Below are positions 18,792 to 28,642 of a stretch of 64,000 bases of DNA, piece after piece. Below the pieces are notes generated by a model. That model did no database searches and was not told the DNA's origin. It was given only the letters and a program-made list of their open reading frames with translations. The position numbers were made by a program, and so were the translations under genes. The stretch's first letter is position 1, and every line of letters starts with the position of its first letter. The stretch is from the NCBI GenBank assembly GCA_965116905.1, contig OZ220732.1, positions 2,912,001 to 2,976,000 on the forward strand. Direction: 5' to 3'. Source of the DNA: Longimicrobiales bacterium (GTDB lineage Bacteria; Gemmatimonadota; Gemmatimonadetes; Longimicrobiales; Gaopeijiaceae).

Positions 18792-21344
18792 GTGGAAAAC
18801 TCGCACGAAACAACACTAATCCCAAGGCCGAACGCGGGTCAACGGTTGATCGGCGGCCTGCTGTGCTGGGCCGTGGTGGCCGCCTGCGCCGACCCGCCGC
18901 TCCCCTCCCGGATCGAGATTACGCCCTCGCTGGCCACTGCGGACGTGGTGGGCGCTACCATCCAGTACACCGCCCGCGTGTTCGACGACGAAGAACGCGA
19001 AATCGTCGGTGCGGCGGTTGGCTGGTCGTCGGACCATCCGGGGATCGCAACGATTTCAGAGACCGGGCTGGCCACGATCACCGGCCAGGGCGATGCGACG
19101 TTGCGGGCGACGCACCAGGCCCTTTCGGCATCGGCGTTGCTGGTGGTCGAACTGAAGCCCGTACGTCTGGCGAAGGTCGCCGGAGACGGACAGACGGCCC
19201 CCGCGCTTTCGATTCTTCCGGACAGACCCACGGTGCGCGTGGAAGACGGCAGCGGGGCCCCGATTCCGGATGTCCTGGTGACCTTCGAGGTCATCGCGGG
19301 TGGTGGCCAGGTCGTCCCGCTGACCGGTGTCACGGGGGTCGACGGTGAGGCCTCCACGCGGTGGACCCTGGGCGATACGGTGGGCCGGCAAGCGTTGCGG
19401 GCGGCCGCGGGGCTGCTGGAGGCCGACTTTGTGGTGACCGCGACGCCGCCCCTGCTGGCGATCAGCACCACGCGGCTGAAGCGGGCTCGGGCATCGCTGG
19501 ACTACTCGGCGACGCTGGAAGTCATCGGGGGGACGCCACCGCTGGTGTGGTCCGCCGAGGACGGTGCCCTTCCCCCTGGACTGCAGCTCGACAGTCTGGG
19601 GATCATCTCCGGAACCGCGGCCGTGCCGGGATTCCACGTCTTCGCCGTTCACGTTCAGGACGCGGTGGGCAACCGGGCCACGGGTGAACTGGGTCTGCGC
19701 GTGTGCGAGCCCCCGCTGTCGCTCGAGCCGGGCGGCGTGGCAGCCCACGACCCGCTGGGGCTGATGCCGTGTCCTCCCTTCCTCCCCGCGGGCGTGGAGG
19801 GCGACGCCTACCGGGTGGCGGTCGTCAGCACGGACCTTTCCCGGACCGGACCACTGGCGCAGGCGGTCGTTTCGGTGATCGAACACGGTGCCCCGCCCGC
19901 CGCTCAGGCAGCCGACGGGCCGGCAACCGGGGTCCGGCGGTTCCCCGAATTGCCCGCGGGGCTGGACGCGGGCGTCAGGCTTGCGAACGAGACGGCGCGC
20001 TGGCACGCCACGCTGCACGAGCAGGCGGAGCAGCTCCTAGGGCAACTGGGCCCCGGCGCGATACTTCCGGATCTGCGGACATCCGCGGCCGACAGGGTCG
20101 CGGCCGGCCGGCTCGATCCGCCCCCTGAACGGTTGCACGTCCGTCCCTACGACCGCGGCCGGTCGAGTGAAGCATGCCGGGAACCCGCGCCGGTCCTCAC
20201 GCCCGCGCTGCTCGTCGCCTACAACGATCACCTCGCCATCTACCAGGACTCCACGCAGCGGGACACCGACCCCGTCAGGGTTGAAGACGCGGACCAGGTG
20301 CTCGACTACTACACCACCTACGGAGCCGACACGATCGAGGAGTATTTCGGTGGCGTGGCCGACATTAACGGCGACGGCAGGGTCAACGTGTTCGTGTCCC
20401 CCGCGGTGGAGGACCGCTTCGCGGCGTTCGTGTGGGTGGGGGACTTCTTCGACGCCGCGCAGTGCTCGTGGTCGAACCAGATGGAGCTCATCTACTTCAA
20501 CGAGAGCATGTTCCATGCGGTCGGCAGCGCTCCGGAGGACGGGCATTACCAGGCGTTGGCCACGATGGTTCACGAGATGAAGCACGTGAGCTCGATGTAC
20601 CTGCGTTCCCGGGCCAGGAGGTATCACCCCGGCTGGATCGAGGAAGGAACCGCAGAGATCGCTGCAGAGATCTCGTCGAGGCGCGCGATGGAGGCCGTGG
20701 GGGGCGTGGCGCAGGGCGCCCTGCTCACGCGTGACGCGTACCCGCCTCGGGAGGGCTCGATCATCACGCCCGAGAACTACGGGATGCTGCTGCGGCTCGC
20801 CCGCACCTCGCGGTCGTACGCCGCGCCGGTGAATTCGCTAACGAGCGACCCCGTCGACGAGCACACCTACTACGGGACCTCCTGGCACTTTCACCGTTTC
20901 CTGGGCGACGCGTACGGGAACGCCGCCGCGAGCGGTGACGGCCCCTTCTTTCGATCTCTCAACGACACGACCACTCCGCCCGGGCCGGAAGGCATCCGGC
21001 TCGTGACCGGCAAGAGCGTGGAGCAGCACCTGGAGGACTATGCGGCGGCCATGATGCTGAACGGCACCGGGGCCCCGCCGCCGGAGCACTCCTTTACGAC
21101 CTACGACTTTCGGTCGGCCACCTTCGAGCTGTTCCGCCCCGACTACCAGCCCGAAGGACTCTATCCGTGGCCGCACACGGGGCCCGAGCCCGCAGGATAC
21201 GAGACCGCCACCTATTCGGGCGATCTGGCGCCCGCCGGCATCCGCTTCCACGACTTCGTGTCGGACGGCGTTGGAGACGGCCTGGACGTGGAAGTCTCGG
21301 TCAGCGGAGGCACCGCGAGGGTGGTGATCGTCCGGCTGCGATAG
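18792..21344 (+). CDS. Lipoprotein with Ig-like domains and a C-terminal zinc metallopeptidase domain (M30-like)
   Basis: VAAC lipobox; WSSD.P.IATIS (Big_2); GDGQ..TG.DG.AS.RWTLG; GGTPP..LPPGL.L (putative Ig); DINGDG, HEMKH and WIEEGTAE; start uncertain. Confidence 0.75.
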   Translation: MENSHETTLIPRPNAGQRLIGGLLCWAVVAACADPPLPSRIEITPSLATADVVGATIQYTARVFDDEEREIVGAAVGWSSDHPGIATISETGLATITGQGDATLRATHQALSASALLVVELKPVRLAKVAGDGQTAPALSILPDRPTVRVEDGSGAPIPDVLVTFEVIAGGGQVVPLTGVTGVDGEASTRWTLGDTVGRQALRAAAGLLEADFVVTATPPLLAISTTRLKRARASLDYSATLEVIGGTPPLVWSAEDGALPPGLQLDSLGIISGTAAVPGFHVFAVHVQDAVGNRATGELGLRVCEPPLSLEPGGVAAHDPLGLMPCPPFLPAGVEGDAYRVAVVSTDLSRTGPLAQAVVSVIEHGAPPAAQAADGPATGVRRFPELPAGLDAGVRLANETARWHATLHEQAEQLLGQLGPGAILPDLRTSAADRVAAGRLDPPPERLHVRPYDRGRSSEACREPAPVLTPALLVAYNDHLAIYQDSTQRDTDPVRVEDADQVLDYYTTYGADTIEEYFGGVADINGDGRVNVFVSPAVEDRFAAFVWVGDFFDAAQCSWSNQMELIYFNESMFHAVGSAPEDGHYQALATMVHEMKHVSSMYLRSRARRYHPGWIEEGTAEIAAEISSRRAMEAVGGVAQGALLTRDAYPPREGSIITPENYGMLLRLARTSRSYAAPVNSLTSDPVDEHTYYGTSWHFHRFLGDAYGNAAASGDGPFFRSLNDTTTPPGPEGIRLVTGKSVEQHLEDYAAAMMLNGTGAPPPEHSFTTYDFRSATFELFRPDYQPEGLYPWPHTGPEPAGYETATYSGDLAPAGIRFHDFVSDGVGDGLDVEVSVSGGTARVVIVRLR

Positions 21345-21368
21345 GTGGACTAAGTCAAGTGGACTAAG

Positions 21369-22312
21369 CTAACTGCTGGCCAGGAAATCCTCCCCGTCGT
21401 CCTCCTTGCAGTTGCCGGAACCGGTTTCGAGCTGGATGGTGACGTGTTGCAGGTCGAAACGGCCATATGCGATGTCCCGCAGGCGATTCAGGATCGTGTC
21501 GTCCCCGGCCTGCAGCTCATAGCCCGCCTTCACCGTGACGTGCGCGGTGAGCACCTCGTACCCGGGCGCGAGGGTCCACGCGTGAATGTCGTGCACCCGG
21601 TCGACGCCCTCGACCTCCTCGAACCGCCGGCACAGGCGGTCCAGATCCACATGATCCGGGGCCCCTTCCAGCAGGACGTGCACGACCTTGGCCAGCAGCC
21701 GCCAGGTGCTCACCAGGATGAGGATGCCGATCAGCACGCTGAGAATGGGATCCGCGATGTGCCATCCGAAGGCCCACACGAGCACGCCCGACACGACCAC
21801 GGCGACCGATCCGAGGAGATCGGCGATCACATGCCGATACGCCCCCTCGACGTTGACGCTGTGCTTCGCCGAGCGATGCAGGATCGATGCGGCCACGATG
21901 TTGACGACAAGCCCGATCGACCCGATCCCGAGCACGATTCCGCCCTGCACCTCGGGCGTGCTCGTGAAACGGCCGTACGCTTCGACGAGGATCCACACCG
22001 AGACCGCCCAAGCGTCAATCCGTTGATGAGCGCGGCCAGGATCTCCAGACGATGGTAGCCGAAGGTGTGTCGACGCGACGCGGCCCGCGTGGAGAAGTGC
22101 ATCGCGGCCAGCGCGAGGCCGATCGACGCGGCATCGGCGAGCATGTGTCCCGCGTCGGCGATCAGGGCCAGGCTTCCCGAGATGATGCCGCCGATGATCT
22201 CGGCGAACATGTACCCGACGATCAGGACGAGCGCGAGCGTCAGGTTGCGCTTGCCGGCGCTGCGCAGCTGGTGCTGATGCTGCTGGTGCGTATGATCGTG
22301 GTCGCGCGCCAT
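21369..22312 (-). pseudogene. Cation diffusion facilitator (CzcD/ZitB-like), one frameshift near 22011
   Basis: His-rich N-terminus, SLALIADAGHMLAD, FGYHRLEILAAL in ORF 21827..22324; continues in another frame (HVIADLLGS, HDIHAW) in ORF 21369..21998; may be a sequencing error. Confidence 0.85.
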
Positions 22313-22316
22313 CGGC

Positions 22317-23261
22317 TCAGCCACCCGTCACCAGTCTCTTCAACAGCGATCGGTCCACGTTCCCCCCGGAGACGATCACGGCCGCCGGGCCCGTCGGCCG
22401 GTAACGCCCCGACCACAGGGCGGCGAGCCCGACCGCGCCGCCGCCCTCCACCACCAGGCGGTGCTCACGGAACGCATGCGCGACGGCGGCCCTGATGTCG
22501 CTCTCATCCACAACCACGTGTTCCGAGATGACGCTCCTGCAGAGCGCGAAGGTGAGCCGGTTGTCGAGTCCGATCCCCCCGGAAAGGGCCGAAGCGATCG
22601 TCTCCTCGTCCGGAAGCTCGATCGGACGGCCCTGGCTGAGGCTGTGGAACATGACACTCGCGCGGCGGGCCGAGACCGCGACCACTCGAATGCGCCGGTC
22701 ACGCAGGGCGAGCCCGACTCCGGCCACCAGTCCTCCGCCGGACAGCGGCACGATGACCTCCCCCATGTCGGGTGCCTGGCGGGCGAGCTCCACGCCCAGG
22801 GTCCCCTGCCCTTCGATCACGTCCGGGTCGTCGAATGCATGGACGAGCGCCATGCCGCCGGACTCGGCCATGGTCGCCGCGCGCTCCTCCGCTTCGTCGT
22901 AGGACGGGCCTGCCATGACGACCCGAGCCCCGGTCGCCCGGATCGCCCGGAGCTTGGACGGATCCACCCAGTCGGGCACGCAGATCGTCGCGGGAACGCC
23001 CGTCCGTGCGGCCACCACCGCCACCGCCCGGCCGTGGTTGCCGGATGAGGCGGCGATCACTCCGCTCCTGCGCTCGTGCGCGCCCAGCTTGTGCAACCGG
23101 TTCGCCGCGCCGCGGACCTTGAACGACCCCGTGTGCTGGAGCGACTCGAGCTTCATGAGGGCTGGCGGCGAGTCCGGCAGGTCCAGGGGGACGACCGGCG
23201 TGCGCCACGCGTGCGGCCGCACTCTCGCGAGCGCCCCGGCAAAATCCAGGTTCGCTGACAT
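22317..23261 (-). CDS. PLP-dependent serine/threonine dehydratase family, EutB-like
   Basis: KLESLQHTGSFKVRGA, SSGNHG, GQGT, PLSGGGL, GGIGLDNRLTF, VSGGN. Confidence 0.85.
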   Translation of the reverse strand: MSANLDFAGALARVRPHAWRTPVVPLDLPDSPPALMKLESLQHTGSFKVRGAANRLHKLGAHERRSGVIAASSGNHGRAVAVVAARTGVPATICVPDWVDPSKLRAIRATGARVVMAGPSYDEAEERAATMAESGGMALVHAFDDPDVIEGQGTLGVELARQAPDMGEVIVPLSGGGLVAGVGLALRDRRIRVVAVSARRASVMFHSLSQGRPIELPDEETIASALSGGIGLDNRLTFALCRSVISEHVVVDESDIRAAVAHAFREHRLVVEGGGAVGLAALWSGRYRPTGPAAVIVSGGNVDRSLLKRLVTGG

Positions 23262-23301
23262 GGACTTCGGTCGGCGGCTCCTGCGACGGCCTCTCCTTCG
23301 C

Positions 23302-25185
23302 CTAGGAAATGATCCGCTGTCCCTCGACGAGCTTGACCACCCAGAGCCCCGAGTTCAGGTCCGAGGTGAAGATGTGGCCCTTGTGGATCTGGGCGCCCCA
23401 GGTCATCCCCCAGTTGGGCACGGTCGTCTCCGAGTCGGTCGTCTTGAGGACGGCGATCTCCCTCCCCTGCCGATAGAGGTCCCCGCGCAGCTCGCCCGAG
23501 ATGTCCAACACCCGGAGGCCGGCCTGGTAGTACCCGACGTAGAGCCGGTCGCCCTCCACCCAGATGTTGTGCGCGCCGGCCTCGGGAACCTCGTAGCGGG
23601 CGACCTCGACCGGGTTCTCCGGATCCTCCATGTCCAGCACGTGGATGTAGCCCCGCGCTTCGATCGGCGCGTCCTCGTCCCAGTCGTCCGGGAAGATCTC
23701 GTCGCCCACGAAGAGGTACCGCCCGGCGCGCCACGCCGTGTGCGTGTTCCCGGCAGGGTACTTGTAGCGCGACACGAAGGCGGGCTCGGTGGGCGTGCCC
23801 CCGTGGGTTCCGGCGCCCACGTCCAGCATGACCGCGCCGTCGTCCCAGTACGACAGGTAGGCGTACCCGTCCTGCACGATCACGTCATGGAGCGACTTCG
23901 TGTCCGACGGCGGCAGTCCCCAGCGGCCGATCTCGTCCGGCGCGGCCGGATCCGAGATGTCGATGATGTGAATGTCGCGCGTGCCGTTGTGGACGGCGTA
24001 GACGAGGTCCCCCTCGACCCAGACGTTGTGCACCCCTCCGGGCACCGTGCGCTTGTATTCGGAGATGATGGAAGGGTGCGCGGGGTCCGCGAGATCGAGG
24101 ATCACGATACCGTTGCGGCGGTCGGAAGCGCCCTCGCGGGTCAGGATGCCGATGCGGTTGTTGGAATGGATCTTGACGTCGTTGATGCGTCTCGCGTCCA
24201 GCTGGACCGAGTCGGTGAGGACGGGGGAAGACGGATCGGTCACGTCCCAGGCCTTCATCCAGTCGTACATGAAGGTGCCCACGTACGCGTAGTCGCGGCC
24301 GTCGACGCCTTCGAACACCCATGTGTCGCCGGAGTGGTGGTCCGCGGCGGCGCCCCGTCCGACCCTGACCAGCTCGGCCTCTGAAATGCGGCTGGTGACC
24401 TCGGCGGTCGCAACGGCTGCGCGGCCCTCGCCGTACATCGCGGTGATGCGGTAGGTGCCCGGACGCTCGGCCACGAACACCCCCTCGGCGCCCTCGGCCT
24501 CGATCTGCGCGCCGGCCCCGCTCACGCTCCATTCCGGGTACAGGGGCGCGGACCCCTCGGCGCGGAAGCGGACCACGTCTCCCGTGCGGGCCTCGACTGC
24601 GGCGGGTGCGACGGCGACCTGGCCGGGGTCGCCTTCCCGGACCGTGACGGTCGTGGTGGCGCGCACCTCTCCCGCCGACACGGTGATCACGGCCTGGCCC
24701 GCGCCGCGCGCATGCACGCGTCCCATCGCGTCGACGGCGGCCACGGCGTCGTTGCTCGAGGAGAATGCGACGGACGGGGCACGCACCATCTCGCCGTCCG
24801 TGCCCTCTGCCATCACCTGCACCGGTGCGCTCGTTCCGGCGACCATTTCGGCGACGGGCATGCCGGCCTCCAGACTCGCCACGGGGTGCACCCGCACGAC
24901 GACGGACGCGAAGGCCATCACGTTGCCCGACCGGGCGGCGATACGGGCCTCGCCCGGAGAGACCGCGGTCACCTGCCCCGCCTGGTCCACGGCCGCCACC
25001 TCGGGAGTCATCGCGATCCAGCGCAGCGGCGCGTCGGCCAGCACCGAGCCGTTCTCGTCGCGGACGGTGGCCGTCACCGCCACGGTCTCACCCACGTCCA
25101 GGGTCAGTCCGGCGGGATCGAGGTCGATCCGGTCGGGTCCCATCTGGGCACCCGCCAGGAGAAGCAGAATCGTGCTCGTCGTCAT
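23302..25185 (-). CDS. Secreted protein with Ig-like (Big_2) domains and an LVIVD-repeat beta-propeller
   Basis: VAAVDQAGQVTAVSPGEA repeats; IVILDLADPAHP, IHIIDISDP, LRVLDIS repeats with His residues. Confidence 0.8.
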   Translation of the reverse strand: MTTSTILLLLAGAQMGPDRIDLDPAGLTLDVGETVAVTATVRDENGSVLADAPLRWIAMTPEVAAVDQAGQVTAVSPGEARIAARSGNVMAFASVVVRVHPVASLEAGMPVAEMVAGTSAPVQVMAEGTDGEMVRAPSVAFSSSNDAVAAVDAMGRVHARGAGQAVITVSAGEVRATTTVTVREGDPGQVAVAPAAVEARTGDVVRFRAEGSAPLYPEWSVSGAGAQIEAEGAEGVFVAERPGTYRITAMYGEGRAAVATAEVTSRISEAELVRVGRGAAADHHSGDTWVFEGVDGRDYAYVGTFMYDWMKAWDVTDPSSPVLTDSVQLDARRINDVKIHSNNRIGILTREGASDRRNGIVILDLADPAHPSIISEYKRTVPGGVHNVWVEGDLVYAVHNGTRDIHIIDISDPAAPDEIGRWGLPPSDTKSLHDVIVQDGYAYLSYWDDGAVMLDVGAGTHGGTPTEPAFVSRYKYPAGNTHTAWRAGRYLFVGDEIFPDDWDEDAPIEARGYIHVLDMEDPENPVEVARYEVPEAGAHNIWVEGDRLYVGYYQAGLRVLDISGELRGDLYRQGREIAVLKTTDSETTVPNWGMTWGAQIHKGHIFTSDLNSGLWVVKLVEGQRIIS

Positions 25186-25309
25186 CGGTCGGCATCCTCT
25201 TCGGTGGCAAAAACGTGCGCTGCCACAAGATAGGCCGTGGGCTGGTTTCAGTCACCAGCCGTGCGCGCGGGCGCCGTGCCCGCTGGCGCCGTGCCCGGCC
25301 GGCTAGCTG

Positions 25310-25813
25310 CTAGGGGTCCGGGGGCGGCGGGTACGACTCGTGCACCTGCACCACCTTCCACTCGCCCTCGATGCGCTGCACCACGATGCTCCAGACCTCG
25401 TGACCGCTGATCGGCTCTCCATCCTCGCCGACGTTCGTCGAGTGAATGACCGACGTGGCCACCGCGGCGTCCCGGCTCAGCACGTGCACGGTGCTTTCTC
25501 CGAGCGTGAAGTGCACGTTCCTTCCGACGCCGGGGAAGTACTCCTTCATCGAGGCACGGTGGGACTCCAGCGGGGTGACCTCCCCGCGGCTCGCCCAGGC
25601 GAAGTCGGGGCCGTCCAGGTGATATCCGATGAAGCCGTCCACATCGTGACCGTCGATGGTCTCGACCATCTCGTTGGCGAACAGACGTATGGAGTCGGCA
25701 AGCGCCGCGCGCTCGACATCGGTGAGCTCTCCATCACCGACGCCGGCGCACCCCGCCAACAGTACCGACAAGCCCAGGACCGACAAGCCCAGGACCGAGT
25801 TCAGCGTTCTCAT
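25310..25813 (-). CDS. NTF2/SnoaL-like lipoprotein
   Basis: LLAGC lipobox; C-terminal GEWKVVQVHES typical of the NTF2-like fold. Confidence 0.75.
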   Translation of the reverse strand: MRTLNSVLGLSVLGLSVLLAGCAGVGDGELTDVERAALADSIRLFANEMVETIDGHDVDGFIGYHLDGPDFAWASRGEVTPLESHRASMKEYFPGVGRNVHFTLGESTVHVLSRDAAVATSVIHSTNVGEDGEPISGHEVWSIVVQRIEGEWKVVQVHESYPPPPDP

Positions 25814-25818
25814 GTTTG

Positions 25819-27564
25819 TCACTCCTTCCAGTTGAGCCGCTCCCGCTTCCAGAGATCCCGCACCTCGTCGTCCAGGCCCGTCATCTCCCAGCGGATCAGC
25901 GAGATCGGAAGCCGCCCGGCGGCCATGAACGTGTCGTGGAACTCCGCGAGGTCGAAATCGTCGCCCAGCTGGCGCTTGCGATCCGCGAGGAGCTGTTGCA
26001 TCTGCAGCATGCCGACCGCGTACCCCAGCCCGTAGCCGGGCGGCCGGCGCAGGTAGATCTCGGCGTCCACGCGCGCAACGTTCTCGTCCAGCCACGGGGT
26101 GCGCTCCATCCACCACGCTACGACTTCGTCGACGGTCATCTCGTTGAGCTGGAGCCACACGTCCGCCGGCACCCTGGCGGCCCGGAAGATCCCGAAGATA
26201 TAGATGAGCTCACGGACCCGCGGCGCGTCATCGAGCAAGCCGGCGTTCATGACGGCTTCTTCCAGATAGGTGGCCCAGCCCTCGGCGCGCGCCCCGCTGC
26301 TGATTTTGCCGCGGATGGGGTGCGGGTTGTGCCGTGCGACCAGCCCGTCGAAACGATGCCCGGGGATGACGGCGTGCAGGTGATCGGGCGTCGGGTCACG
26401 GAACTGCACCTGCTCCCAGAAGTTCGGGCCGCCGGGACGGACGATCCACGGCACGTTCGTGTCGAGCTCCCCGATGTAGTCCGGGATCGTGATGATGTCC
26501 TCTTCCACCAGGAAATCGCGGATCCGCGTGTCGACGCTGCCGATCCGCGCCTCATACTCCTCCTCCGACGCCGACAGCTCGAGCGGCGGCAGATGCCGGT
26601 TCCGGTGCTGTTCCAGCGCATACACACCCCAGAGGCGATCCAGCTCCCGGAGGCCGAGCGTGATGATCTGATCCGCGTCGTACGGCATGAGCTTCACGTG
26701 CTTCAGGTACCAGTCGAACATCTCTCGACCCACGCCGCCCTCTGCGGTCATGTCGCCTCGATTCGCGACGAGCCAGTCGTGGAAGCCGCGGACGGACTCC
26801 CGGGCCGCGGCGATGTCGGCGCGGAGATCGGGTTGCTGCGTGGCCGCCCGCTCGTGGAAGTCGTCGTACCAGCCGAGGACGCCGGCCGGCGGCGCTGCTC
26901 GGTACGGGTAGCCGTGCCCCACGCCGTCGGCGTTGGTCAGATTGAAGATTGCGAGGTCCGCGTAGTCGGCGGCTACTTCCGTCAGGTTGTTCCTGGCCTG
27001 CTCCACCAGGAGTGAGATGGCCTCGAGGCGCGTCCGGAGCGCGGTGGTCCCATCGTCGTCCAATGGCAAGTCCGCGAACGTGATGCGCAGCATCTGATCC
27101 ACATAGAAGCCGGGGTCCCTGGACCAGGGGCGGGACACGTTCAATGTGAAGTCGTGACGATCGAATCGGGAACGAACCGCCAGATAGTCGACCTGTTGAT
27201 CGAGCCCCCAGTCCACGACCGCCATGTCCTCGAGCCGCGCCTGGAAGTCCCGCATCGTGCGCGACGCCGCTCGACGGTCGCCTCGGCGTAGTCGGGATAG
27301 ACGTCGGTCGCGCTGCCGGCGATGTCCCGGTTCGGAACGTTACCCGACGCCCTGGCCGGATCCGTCCACTCGAGGAATTCCTGGAACAGTGCAACGAGGT
27401 CGTCGTAGGTGCCCGACCCGTCCGGCATACCCGCCTCACGCGTCTCCCCCCTCACGAGCGTCTCCGGCCTCACGTGCGTCTCCGGCCTGCCATTGGCACG
27501 CCGTCAAGAGGAGCAGGAGGAGGAGCGCCGTCGAGGCGGATTTGATCGAGGTCGACGTCTTCAT
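25819..27564 (-). pseudogene. DUF885-family lipoprotein split by two frameshifts (~27441 and ~27260)
   Basis: Signal MKTS..LLLTAC, middle segment YDDLVALFQEF, main ORF with IPGH, EGWATYLE, FDLAEFHD..G.LP; RBS GGAGG. Confidence 0.8.
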
Positions 27565-27708
27565 ATGCCCTCCGGTTGGTGGCAGAATGCTACCAAACAG
27601 CGCGCCGCGCCACCTCGGGTGTGTCGGTCGGCTGCGCCGGCGCCCCACAATCCCTATCTTGGCCGTGGTCGGAGCCCATTTGCTTCTCGAGTCCGGGAGG
27701 GACGCAGG

Positions 27709-28569
27709 ATGAAGACACCCTGTTGGACGTCGCGAGGCATTCTGCGAGGGTCTGTCCTGGGCCTTGTCGTGCTTGTAGGGGCGGTCGGATGTGCGTCGGA
27801 GGGCACCACGGAAACGACCGGGGCTCGCACACTCGACGACATCCTCAAGGCCGGTACGATCAGGATCGGTTTGAATCCGAGGATTCCGCCGCGCGCCCTG
27901 TACGACGACCAGAACGAGATCGTCGGGTTCGAGGTTGACGTCGCGTCCGAGATCGGCCGCTTGCTCGGGGTCGATGTCGAACTCGTGGTCGTCGGCTCAC
28001 CGGACCGCATCCCGTTCGTCGCGCTGGGAAAGGTGGATGCCGTCATGGGAGCAATGACGCGGGACTCCAAACGGGCCAAGGTCATCGACTTCAGCGTTCC
28101 GATTCACACGTCGAGCTACGGTGTCCTGACCCGGAAGGACACGGGGATCACCACGTGGCAGCAGCTCAATCACGAGAACATCACCCTCGTTCAGGTACGG
28201 GGCACCGTCACGGTCGAGATCGTCAGACGGCTGTTGCCGCGGGCCCAACTCCTGCTGCTCGACAACTACACGGACCGAGACCGGGCGCTGGCCCAGGGTC
28301 GCGCGGACGCGTCGGTGGACGGGATCGACACCCTCGGGTTCCGGCTCAAGCGTGCGTTTTCCGATGTCGACTGGTATTGGTTCGCCACGCCCGACTTCCG
28401 ACCTCCCGACTACTCGGGGTTCGGGGTCGCCAAGGGTAATGACACGCTCCGGGACTGGCTGAACGTCGCTGTCTACGAGATGCACGAGTCCGGCTTCATC
28501 GCGACTCGCTGGGAGGAGTGGTTCGGAGCCCCGATGGCCACCCCCGTACCGTTCACTCCCTTCTTCTAG
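27709..28569 (+). CDS. Polar amino-acid ABC transporter substrate-binding lipoprotein
   Basis: GAVGC lipobox; LDDILKAGTIRIG, GFEVD, IDFSVP, GRADA. Confidence 0.88.
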   Translation: MKTPCWTSRGILRGSVLGLVVLVGAVGCASEGTTETTGARTLDDILKAGTIRIGLNPRIPPRALYDDQNEIVGFEVDVASEIGRLLGVDVELVVVGSPDRIPFVALGKVDAVMGAMTRDSKRAKVIDFSVPIHTSSYGVLTRKDTGITTWQQLNHENITLVQVRGTVTVEIVRRLLPRAQLLLLDNYTDRDRALAQGRADASVDGIDTLGFRLKRAFSDVDWYWFATPDFRPPDYSGFGVAKGNDTLRDWLNVAVYEMHESGFIATRWEEWFGAPMATPVPFTPFF

Positions 28570-28642
28570 CAGTCCGTGGATAAAGCTCCGCGAGCACGGA
28601 GAGCGCCGAGGGACCGACCAGTGGCGACCGGCAGGGACTGAC

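Noticed and set aside
21990..22030. Programmed ribosomal frameshifting in the CDF, DUF885 or DUF547 genes
   Set aside because: No slippery heptamer or homopolymer run at the breakpoints; simple deletions explain them.
25203..25226. Sigma-54 promoter upstream of the LVIVD gene (TGGCA...TTGC on the minus strand)
   Set aside because: The spacing does not fit GG-N10-GC; it is only a short GTGGCA/TGCCAC inverted repeat.
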